Source: Candidatus Delongbacteria bacterium
GTDB taxonomy: Bacteria; UBA4055
Direction of reading: 5' to 3'
NCBI GenBank assembly: GCA_016937995.1
Contig: JAFGVM010000051.1
Location: forward strand, 1 to 44,315
Length of the DNA: 44,315 nt
In this document: positions 8,877-17,357 of the stretch, one piece after another
Numbering within the stretch: the first letter of the stretch is position 1
Layout: every line of letters begins with the position of its first letter
Translations under genes and position numbers: made by a program
Notes under the pieces: generated by a model
What the model was told of the DNA's origin: nothing
Databases searched by the model: none
Seen by the model: only the letters and a program-made list of their open reading frames with translations

Positions 8877-11333
8877 ATGAAAAAAATTTTAGACATACTC
8901 ATATTGGAGGATAATAAAGATGATCTTGACCTGATCAAGCATGAGCTTATGAAACTGGATCAGAAATATGAAACGAGATCGGTTGATAATAGATCAAGTT
9001 ATCTAAAACTTCTCGAGGAAAAACTCCCTGATATAATTCTTTCTGATTATAACTTACCTGATATTGATGGTGAGGAGGCTTTGAATATATTACGGGAAAG
9101 AGATCAGAACATACCCTTCATCTTGACATCTTCTTTGATCGGAGAGGAAAAGGCTATTAAGATGATGAGAGATGGGGCAAATGATTTTATTATGAAAGAT
9201 AAGCTCGGAAGACTCATTCCTGCTATTCAGAGAGAGATCAGAGATTATTACGATAAGATTCAGGCTATAGAAGATCAGGACGAATTACTGCTTTTTAATC
9301 AGATATTTATCAATTCAACAAGTGCGATCTCTATTCTTGATGAAAAGGGATTTATCATTTCTCATAATTTGGCTGATGAAAAATTGTTTGGTTATACGAT
9401 CAAAGAATTAAAAGGAAAAACCCCGGCCATTTTTTTTGGAGAAAAAGATTTTGAAATAAATCTGAGACTCTCAAAACAAAAAGGATTTGTAAAAAGACAT
9501 AAGCAATTCACAAATAAATCAGGTGAATTGAAAACGATAGACCTTAGCATTATAAAGATTGAAGACCAGTCCGGTCGTATCAGATTTGCATGCATAAATC
9601 ATGACATCACAGAGTTGGAAAAGAAGAAAGAAGAAATATCAAATACTAAAGATTTTTATGAAAGTATTCTGGAAAATATCTCGAGCGGAGTATTGGTAAC
9701 CGACAGAAATGATCAGGTTTTATATGTGAACAAAGAAATGGAGCGTATTGCAGGTGTTCCCGCAAGCAGGATCATTGGACAGTCAATTCATGAAGGTTTC
9801 GATGGAGAAACATCAGTGGAATTTAAAAAAAAATATTTAACCGTAAGGAATTCTCTATTCCTTTCCCAATATGAAGCTTCCAATGGTGCTTTATCTTCAA
9901 ACAGAGATAATATTCAAAGAGGCTGGCTTATTCCTCTGGTTGAAAATAACACCTTCAATGGTATGATCTGTACTGCAGAAGATGTGACTGAAAAAGTAAA
10001 TATTCAAAAAAAACTGAATGTACAAAAAAGACAGCTGGATACTTTAGTATCAAATCTTCCCGGTATGGCATACAGGTGCCTAGTTGATGATAACTGGACT
10101 ATGTTGTATATAAGTGACGGGGTAAAGAAATTAACAGGTTATGAACCTGACGAATTGGTCAACAATAAAAAACTGTCTTATAATGATATTATTGATCCGG
10201 ATGAAGCAGAAAAAAACTGGAGCTCAATATATAAGGCAATGGATGAAGGAAAACACTATGAGATCGAATATAAAATTATTACAAAAGATGGCATAAAAAA
10301 ATGGGTTTGGGAAAAAGCTTTCCCTGTCGGAAAAGATGAAAACGGGTACATTATAACTGAAGGTTTCATAACAGATATTACTGATCGAAAAATGATCGAA
10401 AAAATGCTGGAAACAAGTTACAATATTATTACCCGTAGTCCATCAGTAGCTTTTAGGTGGAAAAACGATAAAGATTGGACTGTAGATTTTGTTACTGATA
10501 ATGTAGAAAATATTTTTGGATACACTAAAGAGGAATTTTATAATAAGAAAATTTTTTATGCTGATGTAATTTTCAAGGAAGATCTTGGAAATATTATTAA
10601 GGAGATGGCAGAATACTCTTCAAAAAAAGAAGTAAATAGTTTTACACATAAATCTTACCGGATAGTAACTAAAAATGATGAAATCAAGTGGGTAAAGGAT
10701 GATACCTACATTTTAAGGGATAACGATCGTAATATTATTGCTTATGAGGGTATAATTACAGACGTCACAAACATAGTTGAAACACAGAAAGACTTATTGA
10801 TCTTATCAACTGCCGTAGACCAAAGCCCTTCAATCATAGTATTGACTAACATCTTTGGAGATATTGTTTATTCAAATCCTGCATTTACTAATATTACCGG
10901 TTATGCTTTCAAAGAAGTTGAAGGTAAAAATCTTCGTGTTTTGAAATCGGAAAACATGGATGATGAATTATATAACGAATTATGGGACACTATTTCCTCG
11001 GGGAAAGTATGGTCAGGGGAAATAACTAATAAAAAAAGAGACGAAACGATTTATTGGGAAAAGGCAATTATCAGTCCGATATTTAATAAACAGAAAGAAA
11101 TTATTAATTATTTAAAGATCGGTGAAGATATTACGGAACAAAAAAGAATGGAATCAGAATTGAACAAACATCGAGACCATCTGGAAGAATTAGTAAAGAG
11201 CAGAACAGCAGAACTGAATGCAAAATTTGATGAGGTTGAAAAGTTAAATAAATTATTTTTAAACCGGGAGCATAGAATTAACGAATTACGGGATGAATTG
11301 AAGAAGATCAAAAAACGATTTAAATTAGATTAA
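8877..11333 (+). CDS. REC-multi-PAS protein ending in a coiled coil (no catalytic output domain)
   Basis: Receiver highly similar to that of 171..2831, about 5 PAS/PAC domains and C-terminal LEELVKSRTAEL...FLNREHRINELR. No H-box, HATPase or GGDEF. Confidence 0.88.
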   Translation: MKKILDILILEDNKDDLDLIKHELMKLDQKYETRSVDNRSSYLKLLEEKLPDIILSDYNLPDIDGEEALNILRERDQNIPFILTSSLIGEEKAIKMMRDGANDFIMKDKLGRLIPAIQREIRDYYDKIQAIEDQDELLLFNQIFINSTSAISILDEKGFIISHNLADEKLFGYTIKELKGKTPAIFFGEKDFEINLRLSKQKGFVKRHKQFTNKSGELKTIDLSIIKIEDQSGRIRFACINHDITELEKKKEEISNTKDFYESILENISSGVLVTDRNDQVLYVNKEMERIAGVPASRIIGQSIHEGFDGETSVEFKKKYLTVRNSLFLSQYEASNGALSSNRDNIQRGWLIPLVENNTFNGMICTAEDVTEKVNIQKKLNVQKRQLDTLVSNLPGMAYRCLVDDNWTMLYISDGVKKLTGYEPDELVNNKKLSYNDIIDPDEAEKNWSSIYKAMDEGKHYEIEYKIITKDGIKKWVWEKAFPVGKDENGYIITEGFITDITDRKMIEKMLETSYNIITRSPSVAFRWKNDKDWTVDFVTDNVENIFGYTKEEFYNKKIFYADVIFKEDLGNIIKEMAEYSSKKEVNSFTHKSYRIVTKNDEIKWVKDDTYILRDNDRNIIAYEGIITDVTNIVETQKDLLILSTAVDQSPSIIVLTNIFGDIVYSNPAFTNITGYAFKEVEGKNLRVLKSENMDDELYNELWDTISSGKVWSGEITNKKRDETIYWEKAIISPIFNKQKEIINYLKIGEDITEQKRMESELNKHRDHLEELVKSRTAELNAKFDEVEKLNKLFLNREHRINELRDELKKIKKRFKLD

Positions 11334-11347
11334 TCATATTTGATTTT

Positions 11348-11476
11348 GTCATGCTGAAATTGTTTCAGTATTTAGCCTTTAACCGTCATTGCGAGGATTT
11401 TATTTTAAATCCGCGGCAATCTTGTTTTTATCGCTATGTTAACTCGGTAACGGGCGAATGATGATTCGCTTCTGCG
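11348..11476. repeat. Composite REP-like palindrome cluster, copy 2 (between convergent genes)
   Basis: GTCATGCTGAA-ATTGT-TTCAGTAT; CGTCATTGCGAGGATTTTATTTTAAATCCGCGGCAATC; GTAACGGGCGAATGATGATTCGC. Collinear with 8643-8772. Confidence 0.75.
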
Positions 11477-11498
11477 AATCAATTTCCGGCGGCTAATT

Positions 11499-13187
11499 TT
11501 AATTCTCTTCCAACATTGGCAATTTGAAGAAAAAAGTAGCTCCTTGTCCCTTTCCTTTTGACTCAGCCCATATTTTACCTCTATGAATCTCTAGTATCTT
11601 TTTGCAGAAAGTTAAACCCATACCTGTTCCCTCTACTTCATTTTCTTTCAATCTTTCACCCGGTATAAAAATTCTTTCAATATAATCCTTTTTTATACCT
11701 ATACCATCATCCTTAACATAAAATCCTTTGCTAGGATTATAACCTATTTCTACATTTTTTCCACCATAATTGATAGCATTAAGCACTAGATTTCTAAAAA
11801 CAAGATATATTCTTTGCTTATCACCATATATTTCAGGAATTTCCGGGAATGTTTTCAATGCTATTATAACTTTCCGATCAGAAATAATTTCTATTTCCTG
11901 TTCCAAATCAGTAATCATTAATTGAGTATTAAATTTTTCATGAGGGTACTTAACTGTATTTAATCTTGAAATATCTAAAATAGAATTTATCAATTTCTTC
12001 ATGCTCAGAGCGTTAGTATTTATTCTTTCAAGGTAATATGACATTTGCTTGTCAAATTTATCTTTATAATTTTCAAGAATCAGAGTACTGAATCCTTCCA
12101 TAGTCACTAAAGGTGTCTGTAACTCATGTGCGACTATGTGAAGCATCTCTTTTAAGTCATTGTTAGCAGTTTCAATTTCAATTTCTTTATTTTTTTTATC
12201 GGTAATATCCTGAATAATACCCCTTAGCATATTTTTTGAATAATTATTATCAGTAGACATTTTTCCAATTACTCTTATTATCTTTAATACTTTTTTGGTG
12301 AACTGATCAATTACATAACATTCTTCATCAAAAGATGAACCTGTTTTTTTACTATCCAGACTCTCTCTGAGTATTTTGATGTAATTTGAAGTAACTTTTG
12401 ATATTTCTTTTAAACTGATATTTCCTTGATCTTTATACGGAAGTTTAATAATATTAAAAAATTCAGGCGATCCGTTTATAATTCCCTCTTCATAATTTAA
12501 TTCCCATGAGCCTAAAGATGCAATCTCTTGTGCTTGTTGCAGTAACTTTTGATTATTTACTAATTCTTTTTCAGTTATTTTTCTTTTTTCAACTTCTTGA
12601 ACAAGCTCTTCTAATAGATCATCCAAATCTTCCTGACGTTTTTTTATATTATCAGCATATTTATCTTTTTTAATTGTTACGAATATCATGTAAGCAAATG
12701 CAGCAGAAATAAATAAAATCATTATTCCAACTATGATTATAAATTTATTTGAATTTGTAAGTGAATTTTCGAGATCTATTATCAATTGGAGTTTCATTTT
12801 TTTATCATATAAATAGTCAATATCTCTATCTACTGTATATGTATTTTTGAATTGCAGCTGATCATTATGAATATTAACCAGGACAAAACCATTATCTTCA
12901 GTTAAAGTTACATCACTCAAATGGTCTTTATGCCCTTCATACCAATTATTTATAAAATATTCAATCTGACTGAAGTTATTATTCTCCAAATAAGATTTGA
13001 TGATCTTCTGTAAAAAATTAGCACTCTGTTCAGATTCTTTTTTTTGTGTAATAATAGCACTACTACGATGATAACTTATCATATTGTAAAAAAAAATGAT
13101 TTCTGTAATGATGAAAATTAATAACAATATCCAATAATACTGATCTTTAGTAATTCTGGCTGGTGCACTTTTTGTTTCTTCTGCCAT
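11499..13187 (-). CDS. Membrane sensor histidine kinase (2 TM, periplasmic domain, PAS, HisKA, HATPase)
   Basis: Two hydrophobic segments, H-box AHELQTPLVTMEGF, NLVLNAINY, KDDGIG and GTGMGL. Confidence 0.93.
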   Translation of the reverse strand: MAEETKSAPARITKDQYYWILLLIFIITEIIFFYNMISYHRSSAIITQKKESEQSANFLQKIIKSYLENNNFSQIEYFINNWYEGHKDHLSDVTLTEDNGFVLVNIHNDQLQFKNTYTVDRDIDYLYDKKMKLQLIIDLENSLTNSNKFIIIVGIMILFISAAFAYMIFVTIKKDKYADNIKKRQEDLDDLLEELVQEVEKRKITEKELVNNQKLLQQAQEIASLGSWELNYEEGIINGSPEFFNIIKLPYKDQGNISLKEISKVTSNYIKILRESLDSKKTGSSFDEECYVIDQFTKKVLKIIRVIGKMSTDNNYSKNMLRGIIQDITDKKNKEIEIETANNDLKEMLHIVAHELQTPLVTMEGFSTLILENYKDKFDKQMSYYLERINTNALSMKKLINSILDISRLNTVKYPHEKFNTQLMITDLEQEIEIISDRKVIIALKTFPEIPEIYGDKQRIYLVFRNLVLNAINYGGKNVEIGYNPSKGFYVKDDGIGIKKDYIERIFIPGERLKENEVEGTGMGLTFCKKILEIHRGKIWAESKGKGQGATFFFKLPMLEEN

Positions 13188-13279
13188 ATGCTTCCTGTTT
13201 TAACTTATCTTCTGTTAAACCTGACAATGTGTAATCCCTAAACTCATTTCTGCGTTCACTACAAACGCTGTCCACTGAC

Positions 13280-15823
13280 TTACCCCTTCCCTATTGTGAA
13301 ATAGATCGTAGTTCCTTCTCCCCGCCCTTCCGATTCTGCCCAGATAATTCCCTTGTGCATTTCAATAACTTTTTGGCAAAAAGTAAGTCCCATACCTGTT
13401 CCTTCAGTTTTAATATCATTTATCCTTTCTCCAGGTTTAAATATTCTTTCAAGATGGTCTTTATTGATCCCTATACCATCATCTTTTACAAAATATCCCT
13501 TTCCGTTCTCATACCCGAATGAAATATTTTTAGCACTGTAATTTATTGAATTTGATATCAGATTTCTTATCACTATCATCAGTCTTTGCTTATCTCCAAA
13601 TGCACCCGGGATATTTTCTTCATCCACTATATTTAATTCTACATTCTTATCCTGCAGGCTTAACTCCAGTTCTTTATTTACAATATTTACCAGTTTCACA
13701 ATATTCAATTCTTCAAAAGGATTTTCCACTGAATTCAATCTGGAAATACTGAGAAGACTGTTGATTAATTTTCTCATACTTGTAGTATTGGCCAGTATCC
13801 TCTTTAGATAGTATATACCTTTATCATCAAGTACTTTACTATACTGGTCGAGTAATATCGATGCAAATCCTTCCATTGATACAAGAGGCATCTGCAGATC
13901 ATGTGAAGCAACATACATCATATTCTTAAGATCATTGTTCGTATTTGTTATTTCGATCTCAATTTCTTTCCTTTCTGTTATATCCTGAATAACTCCCTGT
14001 ATTTTTTCAGGGATTTTACCATCTTTTACAAGTTGAGCGATACATTTAATAATTTTATTTTTTTTGCCTGTTCCTGATTTTATACTGTATTCGTAGTCAA
14101 ACAATTTTCCGTATTTCAGTAATCCTGTAATATCCTTCAAAAGTTTTCTCGGATTTTCAAATATCATCAGCAGATCCTTAATTGGTATCTGATTTTGTAT
14201 GTCAGGTTTGATATTGAGCAACGTGAAAAATTCATCTGAACCGCTGATAATATTAGATTTAATGTCCAATTCCCAGTTGCCTATTTTTCCTATCTCTTGA
14301 GCTTTCTTTAAATTATACTGATTCTGCCTTAAGGCTTTTTCAACCTTTTTTATAGACGAAACATCAATTATTGATGCAAGTTGCTCTGAAGTTGTTCCAA
14401 GAACTCTAACTGTTAATAATACACTCTTAAATGTTCCGTCTTTCCTCTTCAGATCAAATTCATACTCATTTGGTGCTGCATTGTGATCTTTCTTTCTTGT
14501 ACTGTCATACCCCACAACTCTTTCTAGGTCCTGATCTGATATAATATCCTGCCACTTCATTTTCCTGATAACTTCATCCTCGGAATAACCGGTCAACTCG
14601 CAAAACATACTGTTACAGGCTGAAATATAGTCAGTTGGCAATACTGTGCAAATTGCGGTAGTATTAACTTCAAAAAGATCTTTGAACTTTTGTAAACTTT
14701 CATCCAGTTTTTCTGTACTTGAATGTAATTTTTCCAGAAAAGCTAATTTTGTTTTGTAAATTATCCTCTTTTTCATCAAATAAAATATAATTATCACCAG
14801 AACTGTGAATGCAATAAGTATTAATCCAACATAACCATAAGTATACATTGAATTGATAATATACGGCTTAGCTATTTCATAGTATGAGTATGAATTTACG
14901 ATCATCCATGTTTTATCTTCGATCCTCAGTGGATAAAATGCGCATATTTTTTTATCATCTTCCCATTTATTGTCAAGCCACCATGCATAATCGAATATAC
15001 CTGTAGCTTTTTCACCTTTCTTCAGTATGTCAATAAATTCAGCAAAATCCTTACCGCTGACATTACCTCTTTGTCTTTCCGAAATGAACTTCGCATTTTT
15101 TCCGACAGCTCTTTTTGAGTCATTGTAGACAATATCACCATTAACATCAATAATGAAACTGTCTGCTTTATAATCATACATTGAAGAAGGAAATACAAAT
15201 TTTTCCAGGTAATCAAGATTTACAATAATCTTTACAAATCCAAGGAGAGAATCATTCTTGAAAAACTTAGTATAAATATCTACTGTCGGTTCATTTTCTT
15301 CGGTCATTGAGATCTTGGATATGAATACATCTGATTTTGACTCTAGGATATTTTTTGGCATTTCCATATCATCCTGAGAGAATTGAACTCTGGATGTATC
15401 ACTTACTTCAGTAATGATATTACCATTCGGAGCATATATTGATACTGCAATAATATTCCCTGCGTAGTTTTGAAAATAAGAGCCTATAAATTCATTCAGT
15501 TCTTCGTCATTTTTCAATTTGATACTTTTTTCAACCATGCCGGTGAATTTAGGTGATGATGAGAATATTTTTATCTGTGTTATACCTTCGTTATAATGAG
15601 ATCGTATATTTTGAGAAATATTTTCTGAAATAGTCAGTAGTTCTTTGTAGGATTTTTCTACTACCTCATTATAAAATATTGTCTGATATTTCCATGAACC
15701 AAATATAATAATACCTATGATCTCCAAGGCAAATATTGTCAAATATATAAAGTAGTTCCTGTTACTTTTCAAGTTATATTCAACCTCATCACTACCATAT
15801 TCACTTGCTTTAAGTTTGGACAT
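13280..15823 (-). CDS. Membrane sensor histidine kinase with Cache-like periplasmic domain and two PAS domains
   Basis: Two TM helices flank about 280 aa of dCache-like sequence (FIIDVNGDIVY). PAS domains, H-box SHDLQMPLVSMEGF and HATPase boxes follow. Confidence 0.93.
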   Translation of the reverse strand: MSKLKASEYGSDEVEYNLKSNRNYFIYLTIFALEIIGIIIFGSWKYQTIFYNEVVEKSYKELLTISENISQNIRSHYNEGITQIKIFSSSPKFTGMVEKSIKLKNDEELNEFIGSYFQNYAGNIIAVSIYAPNGNIITEVSDTSRVQFSQDDMEMPKNILESKSDVFISKISMTEENEPTVDIYTKFFKNDSLLGFVKIIVNLDYLEKFVFPSSMYDYKADSFIIDVNGDIVYNDSKRAVGKNAKFISERQRGNVSGKDFAEFIDILKKGEKATGIFDYAWWLDNKWEDDKKICAFYPLRIEDKTWMIVNSYSYYEIAKPYIINSMYTYGYVGLILIAFTVLVIIIFYLMKKRIIYKTKLAFLEKLHSSTEKLDESLQKFKDLFEVNTTAICTVLPTDYISACNSMFCELTGYSEDEVIRKMKWQDIISDQDLERVVGYDSTRKKDHNAAPNEYEFDLKRKDGTFKSVLLTVRVLGTTSEQLASIIDVSSIKKVEKALRQNQYNLKKAQEIGKIGNWELDIKSNIISGSDEFFTLLNIKPDIQNQIPIKDLLMIFENPRKLLKDITGLLKYGKLFDYEYSIKSGTGKKNKIIKCIAQLVKDGKIPEKIQGVIQDITERKEIEIEITNTNNDLKNMMYVASHDLQMPLVSMEGFASILLDQYSKVLDDKGIYYLKRILANTTSMRKLINSLLSISRLNSVENPFEELNIVKLVNIVNKELELSLQDKNVELNIVDEENIPGAFGDKQRLMIVIRNLISNSINYSAKNISFGYENGKGYFVKDDGIGINKDHLERIFKPGERINDIKTEGTGMGLTFCQKVIEMHKGIIWAESEGRGEGTTIYFTIGKG

Positions 15824-15853
15824 AAGATTTCCTTTGATTAAGTTGTACGACCG

Positions 15854-16912
15854 CTACTGCTTAAACTTCATGCAAATTGTTGAACCCTGACCTATACCCC
15901 CGGATTCTGCCCAAATTTCACCATTATGTAATTCCACTACTTTTTTACAAAACGAAAGCCCCATACCGACACCTTCAATTTTTACTGTTTGCAATCTTGA
16001 TCCCGGTTTGAAAATATTTTCGAGCTGATCAGCATCAATTCCGACACCATCATCTTTTATATAAAATATATTTCTTGAACTATCAAATCCGATCTCAATA
16101 TTCTTCCCCCCATATTTAATTGCATTGGAAATAATGTTTCTTAACAGGACTTCAAGGCGAATTTTATCACCATATATGTTTGGAAGATCATTTCTTACTA
16201 TATTAACTCCTTTTTCAGCTATATTGATATCTAAGGTTGCATAAATATTCTTGAATAGTTCATTGCAATTGACATCAGTAAATTCATTCTTTACTGTATT
16301 AAGCCTTGATACATCCAGCAGAGCTTTTATTAATTCCTGCATTTTTTTTGAATTTGCCTCGATCCTTTTTACTGGAAATAACTCTTCCTCAGTAAGCTTG
16401 TCTGAAACACTATCAATGAACATAGACGCAAATCCGGACATTGAAACTAACGGAGACTGAAGATCATGAGATGCGATATACATAAAATCCTTAAGGTCCT
16501 GATTTACTTTTTGGAGCTCTGATTTTGATCTTTTTAGTTCAATATTTGATCTGATCCTCAGTACTAATTCTTTTACATTAAAAGGTTTGGTTACAAAATC
16601 CTGTCCACCGGCTTCAAATCCTTTTACGATACTGTCCTCATTTTTATTTGCACTCAAAAATATTACCGGAATTTCTTTAAATTTCTGATCCGATTTTATG
16701 AGTTTGCATACTTCGTAACCATCCATATCTGGCATAATTACATCCAGCAATATTAATTCAATATTATTATTTTCAAGTGTTTCAATAATATTTTTACCAC
16801 TGTCTAAGGATATTGAATCTACATTATTTTTTTTAAGCACTTCCTGAGCCAAGATTCTGTTTATCTGTTCATCATCCACTATAAGAATTTTTGTTTTAAT
16901 ATCTTTAAGCAT
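15854..16912 (-). CDS. Hybrid REC-HisKA-HATPase histidine kinase
   Basis: ILIVDDE, LLDVIMP, FVTKP; H-box SHDLQSPLVSMSGF; NAIKY, KDDGVG, GVGMGL. Confidence 0.95.
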   Translation of the reverse strand: MLKDIKTKILIVDDEQINRILAQEVLKKNNVDSISLDSGKNIIETLENNNIELILLDVIMPDMDGYEVCKLIKSDQKFKEIPVIFLSANKNEDSIVKGFEAGGQDFVTKPFNVKELVLRIRSNIELKRSKSELQKVNQDLKDFMYIASHDLQSPLVSMSGFASMFIDSVSDKLTEEELFPVKRIEANSKKMQELIKALLDVSRLNTVKNEFTDVNCNELFKNIYATLDINIAEKGVNIVRNDLPNIYGDKIRLEVLLRNIISNAIKYGGKNIEIGFDSSRNIFYIKDDGVGIDADQLENIFKPGSRLQTVKIEGVGMGLSFCKKVVELHNGEIWAESGGIGQGSTICMKFKQ

Positions 16913-16925
16913 ACAATTTCCTTTT

Positions 16926-17354
16926 TTATATTTGTTGTTGCTCTCTTATTGAGCTTGCAATAGATTTAAATTTTAGAAGATTCAACGGCTTAACCATGTA
17001 AGCACTAACACCGAGTTTAGAGGTTTCGTTGATATCCTCCTGATAAACTGAGGTAGTTAAAACTATGACCGGAATATCTTTTGCGTCATTATTCTCTCTT
17101 ATCAGTTTTAAAACTGCCAACCCATCAATTTTTGGCAATCTAAGGTCCAAAAGTATCAAATTCGGGAGATCAGGATTAATGTCATTGTTGTAACTATCTG
17201 TGATTTTCCTTATCCTGAGATACATTAAAGCTTCTTCACCTGTTTCTACATGGACTACAGATTCAACATCATCAATATTTTTCAAACTGAATTTTGTGAT
17301 CATTGCATGATCTTGGTTATCCTCCACTAAAAGAATTTTCAGTTTTTCTTTCAT
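16926..17354 (-). CDS. Single-domain response regulator (Rcp1-like)
   Basis: LLVEDNQDHA, LLDLRLP, LTTS, YMVKP. Confidence 0.93.
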   Translation of the reverse strand: MKEKLKILLVEDNQDHAMITKFSLKNIDDVESVVHVETGEEALMYLRIRKITDSYNNDINPDLPNLILLDLRLPKIDGLAVLKLIRENNDAKDIPVIVLTTSVYQEDINETSKLGVSAYMVKPLNLLKFKSIASSIREQQQI

Positions 17355-17357
17355 AAG

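Noticed and set aside
8621-11476. Possible CRISPR array suggested by the repeated palindromes
   Set aside because: Only two composite copies 2.7 kb apart; no repeat-spacer periodicity and no cas genes.
13147-13275. 42-codon GTG-start ORF on the minus strand bridging two kinase genes
   Set aside because: Overlaps the next gene out of frame and has no recognisable motif; plausible by chance.
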